NCBI GenBank assembly: GCA_951406725.2
Contig: OX597826.1
Coordinates: 47,492,001-47,556,000, forward strand
DNA from: Octopus vulgaris
Taxonomy: Eukaryota
Length of the DNA stretch: 64,000 bases
Direction of reading: 5' to 3'
Positions 55,269 through 64,000 of this stretch are shown here, in pieces (position 1 is the stretch's first letter; each line of letters opens with the position of its first letter). The position numbers were made by a program, and so were the translations under genes. The notes under the pieces were generated by a model that was given only the letters and a program-made list of their open reading frames with translations, ran no database searches and was not told where the DNA came from.

Positions 55269-55837
55269 GGCGGTGAGCTGGCAGAAACTTTAGCACGCCG
55301 GGCGAAATACTTAGCAGTATTTCGTCTGCCGCTACGTGCTGAGTTCAAATTTCCCCCGAGCTCGACTTTGTCTTTCATCCTTTCGGATGTTACGCACTGG
55401 GGTCGATATAATCGACTTAGTCCTTTTGTCTATCCTTGATTGTCCTCTCTGTGTTTAGCTCCTTGTGGGTAGTAAAGAAATGGGTATTCCGTCTGCTGTT
55501 ACGTTCTGAGTTCAAATTCCGCCGAGGTCGACTTTGCCTTTCATCCTTTCGTGGTCGATAAATTAAGTACCAGGTACGCTCTGGGGATCGATGTAATCGA
55601 CTTAATCCGTTTGTCTGTCTTTGTTTGTCCTCTCTGTGTGTAGCTCCTAGTGGGTAGTAAAGAAATAGGTATTCCGTCCGTCGCTACGTTCTGAGCTCAA
55701 ATTACACCGAGATCGACTTTACCTTTCATCCTTTCGGGGTCGATGAAATAAGTAGCAGTTTTGCATTGGGATCGATGAAATCGACTATTCCCCGCCCCCA
55801 AATTTCAGGCCTTGTGCCTATAGTAGAAAAGTATATA
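55269..55837 (+). mobile_element. SINE family C tandem trimer with a single TSD
   Basis: Head, two tail-1 units and a final tail-2 unit. TSD aataagttaa at 55259-55268 and 55838-55847. Confidence 0.92.
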
Positions 55838-56223
55838 AATAAGTTAATTCAATACCAACAATACCTGGCCAGGTGTGTGATCTTAAGTTATTCAAGAATG
55901 CCTTAAAACTTATTATCTAACGTGGTAACATCCACGACAAGTTGCTTTTTTTTTTCCTTAATGAAAATTTGTGTGTAACATAGAATGTTCATATTTCGCC
56001 GGAGTTCAAATAGATGCAAAGGAAAAGAAAAAGATATTTTTAAAAACAATGGTAACAATGAAACAATTTAGAAAATGAATTATGTCTTAGCATTGAGAGA
56101 AGTTTCATAGTTGCTTTATCCAAATTATTTTGCGTGGTTATATTTAGTAAAAACCAAGCAGTTCCTTGCAGTCAACTGCATAGAATAATATATCTGCCAA
56201 ATTCAACTGAAAAATTGCATAGA

Positions 56224-56265
<42 letters not shown>

Positions 56266-57379
56266 GTTCGTACTTCTTGGAGAATTCTGCTAAGTACTGC
56301 GGGTATTTGGATTATCAAAGCAGGTGCATCGTGAGCTAAATCTAACTATAAGAGAACCCCATTTATCTTTTAATTTTGAGGTATTTTTATTTCAAAAAAT
56401 TGCCTTTAAATATAAATGTTTTAAAAGCCAAAACCTCGAAACAAAACTTTAGGTGAATTGTCTTCATTTATATTTGTTTAATGTTTATTTTTGCTTTTCA
56501 CGTATGAAACGGACTCTTATTTTCTTAGATTACCTAGCTTTTAAATAGCTATCATGAGTTAGCATAACTAATCACTGTTAACAGTAGGAACGCTACATCA
56601 TTTATTAATGAACATTACGTTAGATTGCCTTAGTGAGCTTCCTGGATCTTCTGTTATGGTGCGAGGCTATAAATACAAAACAGATTGTTACTTCGGTAGC
56701 TTGTTATGTTTAACAAGAAAATAGATCCAACCGAAAGAGAGAGAGAGAGAGATGACTGGATTCATTCCGAATCGATACAATTAAAATGATATTGGAAAGC
56801 GTTTCTCCACAATACGATATATACAACGTCAAATAATAAAGATGCCCCCCCCCCCCCCAAAAAAAAAGAGAGTCTAATATCTGCTGGCTCTCTTTTCTCT
56901 TTCAATTGGTTCAGTCATTTCACTGCGGTCATGCTGGAGCACCACCTTTAAGTCGAGCAAATCCACTCCCTGACTTATTCTTGCGTGGAATCAAGTATCC
57001 TGATGTCCCAATATACTGCAAATCCTTTATTTTGGTTCGGAAAAAAATGAGGTGGGGTGTCCCCTCCAATCCCGGAATCAATGGAATTTTTTTTTTCGTT
57101 GAATGAATTCCTGTGGCCTCCTAATATTGCAAAATTAGGTTACTTAAGGTGAGACTGGTAACTGATGTTTTGGGCTCCTGTTTGTAACTTTTGGTGAGCC
57201 ATGGTGCAACCAACTACATTGTAAAACTCCCTGACATTAATTTGGTGTGGGATGGGTAATATCAAATAATTCAATCACAACATATATTTAAATTAAACAT
57301 GAAAAAAATTGAAATATCATCATCGCTTATACATTATTAGATATCTTATAACAGCAATGCCTGGAAAAATCATAGATTA

Positions 57380-58178
57380 CATGGGAAAATGCGAGCATGA
57401 AAAGTCATATTCTTAAAATTAAAAACCTGGAAATGTACAGAACAAATTATTACACCTGTAAAAGTACATGACAAGCTATTACTTCTTGTAAAGTAAAGAA
57501 AAAGAAACTTTTTACTTAAAATATTGCAGCTAAAATTATAATTTGAATATTAGAAATTATTTTATTTAAGTAGAATTTGGCTAATTCACTACCTTAGATA
57601 CAGAAAAAAGTGACTAATTAGACAAACTTACAAATTAGCTGAACAGTTTTGTACAATAAATTAAAAAGATGAGAATAGTAAAGAGTGATAAATTAGAACT
57701 GGCATTCTTTGCTGCAATATTCTAAGCAAAAAGTTTCTTATTCTTTACTTTACTAGATATAATAGCTTGTCCTATGTGGAGGCGCAGCGGACTCGCGGTC
57801 GGAGGATCGTGGTTTCGATTCCCAGACCGGGCGTTGTGTGTGTTTATTGAGCGAAAACACCTAAAAGCTCCACGAGGCTCCGGCAGGAAGTGATGGCGAC
57901 CCCTGTTGTACTCTTTCGCCACAATTTTCTCTCACTCTCTCTTCCTGTTTGTTGAGTAACGCTGCGATGAACTGGCGTCCCATCCAGCTATGGGGAACAT
58001 ATACGCCACAGAAACCGGGAAACCGGTTCCATGAGCCTGGGTAGGCTTGAAAAGGGCAACGTTTATCTATTGTCTTTAATAGCTTGTCCTATATTTTTAC
58101 AGGTGTAATAACTTGTCCTTTACTTTTCCAGGTTTATAATCTTAAGCATATGACTTTTCAAGCTCGCATTTTCCCATG
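57380..58178. mobile_element. MITE with ~150-bp TIRs and TA TSD, interrupted by a SINE
   Basis: TA|catgggaaaatgcgagcatgaaaagtcatat... pairs with ...atatgacttttcaagctcgcattttcccatg|TA. Pairing continues across the SINE to gctgcaatatt (57711). Confidence 0.88.
57776..58076 (+). mobile_element. SINE with family A head/body and Meta-like tail, with TSD
   Basis: 16-bp TSD taatagcttgtcctat at 57760-57775 and 58077-58092. The A box is deleted. Tail gcgatgaactggcgtcccatccag...gaaaccggg. Confidence 0.9.
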
Positions 58179-58489
58179 TATTTAGATGTATACACACATA
58201 CATACACAGAGGAATTTATGTCTTTTTAGGGAGTTTATATTAAGTGCAAGTAATATTAGCAATATTTGTGACTTTCCGAAGGGGACCACTAAAACGACCA
58301 TAAATTTCTTCAAGAATATTCTAAGCATAAACAGAGCATGGATCTGGAGAATGGATAGAGTGCTTCGAGGTATTATCCTGACGCTAAACGCTCTGCGTTC
58401 AAATCCTGATGTTCAATGCTCTGAGTTCAAATCCAGCGGATGTCAAATTTGCTTTGTCCTGACATTTCGCGTCTTGATAGTAAGGCCTG

Positions 58490-58804
58490 AATTTTAACCA
58501 ATCCTATGCTCTCTTTTGAGCTAAAATAATTTGTTGCGTCTAAAACTGAGACAACATCCTGTAACTAACCCTAAACCTCCCCCCTAACCCTAAGCCTAAA
58601 TTTTTTTTCTTAATTGTTAAATTAATTTAATTGTTACGCGTGTAAAAAAAAATAAAGCAATGGAATTAAATTAATTTAACAATTAAGAAAAAAAATTAGG
58701 GTTAGAGTTAGGGGGGAGGTTTAGGGTTAGTTACAGGGTGTTGTCTCAGTTTTAGACGCAGCAAATGATTTTAGTTGAATGGAGGTAATCGATTGGTTAA
58801 AATT
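58490..58804. mobile_element. Foldback/MITE-like hairpin with TAACCC/TTAGGG motifs
   Basis: About 140-bp arms: aattttaaccaatc...tgcgtctaaaactgagacaaca..ctgtaactaaccctaaacctcccccc and their reverse complement. Confidence 0.85.
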
Positions 58805-59234
58805 GCCGAAATGCTCGGATTTTCAGACGAAATATCTTTCAAACTATAGAATTTTCTCAATAAAACCAAGAGAAAATGATTTTTTATAAACACATTCTAC
58901 CAGTATACGAAGTTTAAAAGTGTTTAGTTAACTAGAAATTGTGTTGACATCTGCCGTTCAAAAGGAAAAGATCCGTCGTCTCTGTATACAAAGAGATAAA
59001 TAGGTCACGGTTGGAACACTTTCTACGAGAGGTCTGTTCGATCGACACAGATTTGGAGATCAAACTAGAACAATAGCATCAAACTCTTTTAATTTCTTAT
59101 TTTTTCCTTTTTGCGTATTGTTTTGTGTTAAATCAGTTTTATGAAACGAGATTGAAGATACTGTTCATTTATCTTCATGCTTGATATTTTCATTGAGAGC
59201 CTGACAACTTTTCTAACTACTAGCTAGTTAACTG

Positions 59235-59395
59235 TGCATCTATCTGTTTGTCTGTTTGTCTGTCTGTCTCTCTACCTGCCTGTCATTCTGTCTGTCGATT
59301 TGCTTACATCTAGGTATGTCTTCATATATTTATCTATCGTTCTATCTCTTTTTTTATCTCTTTGTCTATTTATCTAGCAATCTGTTTGTATCTCC

Positions 59396-59463
<68 letters not shown>

Positions 59464-59480
59464 GTCTGTCTCTCTGTCTA

Positions 59481-59543
<63 letters not shown>

Positions 59544-59662
59544 TTTGCTGTCTATCTATCAGTCTGTCTGTCTGTCTGTCTTTGTGTCTATTTATCTGTC
59601 TCTCTATCTTTACATTTTTCTGTCTGTCCGTCTATTTCTCTGTCTGTATGTCTGCCTCTGTT

Positions 59663-59716
<54 letters not shown>

Positions 59717-59784
59717 GCTATTTGTCTGTCTGTCTATCTCTTTTGTTTCTATCTTTCTCTTTTCTCTTTCGCTTTTTCTCTTTG

Positions 59785-59823
<39 letters not shown>

Positions 59824-59860
59824 GCCTAACTATTTATCTATTTGTTTATCTCTCTTTTAC
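59235..59860. repeat. Compound (TCTA)n/(TCTG)n/(TC)n/(TA)n/(CA)n/(CG)n microsatellite
   Basis: Direct runs. Confidence 0.9.
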
Positions 59861-59989
59861 TTCCATTAAACATACAGCAACATCGTAAACAACTTCATTG
59901 GGTTCGTCATGACCCCTCCAGATGATAAGAACTTGTAAAGTGCTGTTGTCAAAGATAAAAAGATCAAACAACGGCACATATAACAAGGG

Positions 59990-60026
<37 letters not shown>

Positions 60027-60236
60027 TCAGAAATCACTGCTGATACGCGCGTACATATCTATATACGCATACACATATATGTATCTACCACACCTACAGC
60101 GATAATCTGAACAATGAAATCGTTCTTGAAGTTGTTTGAAATAATTGATAAATACATTTAATAAATGGAAAGAAATAAAAGATAAATAAATGAATACGAA
60201 AAGACAGAACAAAGATCATAGTGACATGGTTTGAGG

Positions 60237-60289
<53 letters not shown>

Positions 60290-61294
60290 GTAGATAGGTA
60301 GGTAGGTAGGTAGATAGATAGATAGATAGATAGAATGAGCTCGCGAAGATTATGATTGTGGCAACGTTGTGGTGATGGGTGGTGGTGGTGGTGGTACTGA
60401 TTAAGAGTTGACAAGAGTGTAATGGAGGAGAAATAAACAACAACAACAACAACAATAATAATAATAATAATAAATAGTAGCGTTTCAGGTGGAGATTGTA
60501 TTTAGGGAATAGTGTGTGTATAAACTTGATAATGAGAGTGTTAATGGCAACCCTGATAATAATGATGTTGTTGTTCTTGGTGGTGATGGTGATGGTGGTG
60601 GTGGTGATGGTAGTGGTGGCGTTTGCATTTTGGAATGTTACCTATCACTTTCTTTTCTCTTTCTTGCTCTCTCTCTCTCACTTTCTCTCTCTCTCTCTGT
60701 CTCTCTCACCCTTTCTCTCCCTTCCTCTCCATATAATGGAAGAAAAACTTCAGCTTTTGTTTTCGCAGCAATTTGGTTCTAGGTCAATGTCTAGTTATTT
60801 ACGATTGAGTTCATTTATTATTTATGCTTTCTCTTTCTTTTCTTCTTTCTTTCTTTCTTTCTTTCTTTCCTTTTCTTTCCGTCATTCTTGTGTGTGTGTG
60901 TGTTTTTTTTTTTTCATATATATATATTTTTGGTTTCTGTACATTTTTTTTTTTTTATTCACACGATTATTGTGAATAAGGTGGCGGAGCGGGGAATAGA
61001 TTCCAGAAAATGTTGGCGGCGTTGGTTGAATTCGTTCGCGTTCCTTCCAACGTTTCTGTAGTTATTGTTAATTTCAAGTCTCCCTGGCAGACAACCATGG
61101 AGAAGAAGGGAATATGGCTTGGGACACATTTTTCTTCCTACACGATAATGTGGTGCACATTGGACGAACAAAAGAACACTCTGCTTTCAGATCTTTTTCA
61201 TTATCTTTGTTGTTGACGTCGATAACGACATCATTAAGCATATACACAACATAACCCCCTTCATATATATATATACAAACATGTAATGAATATA

Positions 61295-61346
<52 letters not shown>

Positions 61347-61429
61347 TGTGCGTGCATATATGTGATTGTGTTTGTCTGTGTGTATATGTGTGTATGATAT
61401 ACATTACACGCATGCACACACACATATAT

Positions 61430-61822
61430 CTCTTACTCTTTTACTCTTTTACTTGTTTTAGTCATTTGACTGCGGCCCATGTTTGAGCATCATCGCCTTT
61501 AGTCGAGCAAATCGACCCCATGACTTATTCTTTGTAAGCCTAGTACTAATTCTATCGGTCCCTTTTTGCCGAACCGCTAAGTTACGGGGGCGAAGACACA
61601 CCAGCATCGGTTGTCAAGCGATGTTGGGGGGGGGGAACAAACACAGACACACAAACACACATACATATATACGATGGGCTTCTTTCAGTTTCCGTCTACC
61701 AAATCCACTCACAAGGCTTTGGTTAGCCCGAAGCTATAGTAGAAGACACTTACCCAAGGTACCACGCAGCGGGACTGAACCCAGTGGTTGGTAAGCAAGC
61801 TACTTACCACACAGCCACTGCA
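61430..61822 (-). mobile_element. SINE family B
   Basis: Reverse-complement match to family B with a (taaaagag)n tail. Confidence 0.93.
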
Positions 61823-61830
61823 TAACTAGA

Positions 61831-61911
<81 letters not shown>

Positions 61912-61914
<3 letters not shown>

Positions 61915-62365
61915 ATGTGATAATTAAAAATATATGCATACATACAAACATATATGTACGTACCTACATCTACATGTATATATACATGCATATATAAATA
62001 AATATACGTAAGTACAGGACGCCACAACAAGACGTAGAAACGGAAAAAACAAAAAATTAACGACAAGTACAGGACAGGCTACACAAGGAAAAATCCAAAA
62101 AATTTTTACAACAAGAAAGCAAGTACAGGACAAGCTACACAAGGAAAAATCCACCGTCATCAGCTGTCGCTAGTTAACTCAGGCGTGTTTCGAAGGCAAG
62201 ACAGGATACTCGTTAACTGGGCCTTCCTGCGAGAGAATTAAAATAAAATTCCAAACAGCGGGGTAAAACGGGTATTTATTTATATATGCATGTATATATA
62301 CATGTAGATGTAGGTACATACATATATGTTTGTATGTATGCATATATTTTTAATTATCACATTAT
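61912..62365. repeat. 93-bp near-perfect inverted repeat enclosing a ~270-bp island
   Basis: 61912-62004 is the reverse complement of 62273-62365, with about one mismatch. Confidence 0.9.
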
Positions 62366-62439
62366 TGTCTGACAGCGCCCCGCGTCAGGTTCGTTTCGAT
62401 TTGTCGGTTCGTTTCGATTTGTCGGTTCGTTCCACTTCA

Positions 62440-62485
<46 letters not shown>

Positions 62486-62493
<8 letters not shown>

Positions 62494-62762
62494 ATATCCT
62501 TCTATACATTGGATATACAGATATCACGAAACGGGGATAGATACAACTGTCTTCACACGACGTACTTTGAAATACTCCACTAAACACGATACTCCATTAA
62601 ATACAAACTCTCAGCGATCTCAAAGACTTCCTACGACTTCCACGAACTCTCGACAACTCCTGCGACCTCTCTCTGCGTCTCAAACAATACGGTACTTTTC
62701 ATAAGAGTTCGGCTAGTGCGTTCTTCCAATTCCACAGTAGTGTCAATGACTCTCGTCACAAC

Positions 62763-62763
<1 letters not shown>
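62486..62763 (-). mobile_element. Possible solo LTR in a (TA)n tract
   Basis: Minus strand starts TGTTGTGA; about 280 bp and TA-flanked. The 3' CA end is not clearly resolved. Confidence 0.35.
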
Positions 62764-62856
<93 letters not shown>

Positions 62857-62913
62857 AGATGAGAAAATATTAATCTAATAATATTATTATATATAATATA
62901 ATCGAAATACTTA

Positions 62914-62996
62914 ATTTGAACTCAGAACGTAACGGCAGACTAAATGCCGCTAAGCATTTCGCCCGGCGTGCTAGCGATTCTGCCAGCTCACCACCC
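62914..62996 (-). mobile_element. SINE family C head fragment
   Basis: aatttgaactcagaacgtaacggcagac...attctgccagctcaccacc. Confidence 0.85.
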
Positions 62997-63719
62997 TCAA
63001 ACTCGGATATATATATATATATATAATGTAAGACAAGGTATAAATAATGGTCATTACATAATTTTTAATTGCTGCAAATTTTGACTTACAGCTGTTTCCA
63101 GTGGTCACAATCGGTTCGTTATTGACAGGTTTATTCAATCAACCCATTGATCGATTGAAAAAAGTTGGACGACCTAGAGAATTAGTGCTACATTCGTGAG
63201 AGTCATTTCTGGTCATAAGAAAGCAGAACACCGAAAGAATGGTACAGACATTGGGAAATAAGCGAAGCGAAGCAATAAGTATAAATATAGGATAGGCTAC
63301 TTATAATATATATATATACATACAGACATTTATATATGCATACGTCTATGCGTGTATAAAATGAATACACAGTGATATGTAAATAATTATATGTTACAGA
63401 TTTAACTATAATTATATATGTAAATATGCACCTAAATATATTGTGAGACACATTGATATTCTGCAAGTAATTAGATAATTAAGTAAAATCATAAAAAGAA
63501 ACCCAGACAAACAATAACTATATTAGGTTCTGAGGATCTTGTACTTTAGGTGTGCATTAAGAGTTGTCCATCAGCTTTATTACATCATCCTTCAGAGTCT
63601 GCTCATTTTTTACCATCTCTGATTCATCTCTATAGTCACCGTTTTCTTATTTATCTGTTTACCTACCAATTCTTACTGATTTTGACACAAGGCATGTAAT
63701 TTTAGGCTTAATTTGATAA

Positions 63720-63885
63720 TATTGACGCCAGTATTATTTTAGTACAGATGGATAAAAAGTATTTTAGTACAGATGAATAAAAAAGCAAACTTGACTTCGA
63801 TAGGAACTGAACTTAGAGCGTTAGAATTCGAAAGAAATGACACTAACCATTGTGTCCGACACGCTAGCGATTCTGCCAGCTCACT
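63720..63885 (-). mobile_element. SINE family C-like, highly diverged
   Basis: gatgaataaaaaagcaaacttgacttcg...gctagcgattctgccagctcac. Confidence 0.55.
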
Positions 63886-64000
63886 ATGGATAACAATACA
63901 GACACACACACACACGCACACATAGGGGACGTTACGTATGAGTGGATGTGGTGTGCAAACATATATATATATAGGCATGTATGTGCGTGTGTGGTTATAT

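Noticed and set aside
58560-58735. Interstitial telomere or chromosome fusion site
   Set aside because: Only 2-3 degenerate hexamers per arm inside a longer hairpin; better explained as a foldback element.
60970-61215. Unique, moderately GC-rich segment as a possible exon (likewise 18660-18811 and 9250-9540)
   Set aside because: No long open frame bounded by good splice sites and no recognisable homology. It cannot be supported without transcript data.
62150-62200. Permuted (type II) hammerhead on the minus strand
   Set aside because: GAAAC and CUGAUGA are present, but I could not form convincing helices I-III by eye.

Overview
This is AT-rich eukaryotic DNA, intergenic or deep-intronic, and saturated with (TA)n, (CA)n, (GA)n, (GATA)n and trinucleotide microsatellites. 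The SINE repertoire and repeat landscape strongly resemble an Octopus (coleoid cephalopod) genome; that is recognition from memory, not a search result. I find no intact host gene: nearly all listed ORFs are microsatellite translations or transposon relics. The window holds (1) about 30 tRNA-derived SINE copies from several modular families, some with target-site duplications (TSDs), some nested or multimeric; (2) mariner DD34D and maT-type DD37D relics and several MITE/foldback elements; (3) LINE relics: CR1-like, an RTE with a twin-priming 5' inversion and C2H2 fingers, and Dong/R4-like; (4) many short sequence islands inside (TA)n tracts that look like Penelope-like element (PLE) termini. 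The most notable signal is a cluster of about ten hammerhead-ribozyme-like motifs (CUGANGA-helix II-GAAA-palindrome-UH) in those islands. They include a complete type I hammerhead inside a DNA palindrome (34690-34744), a U3-A8 variant, a family with a conserved A6U core, versions with an expanded helix II, and a tRNA-headed SINE whose tail carries a PLE-type hammerhead. All coordinates and folds were read by eye, and repeat boundaries are approximate.
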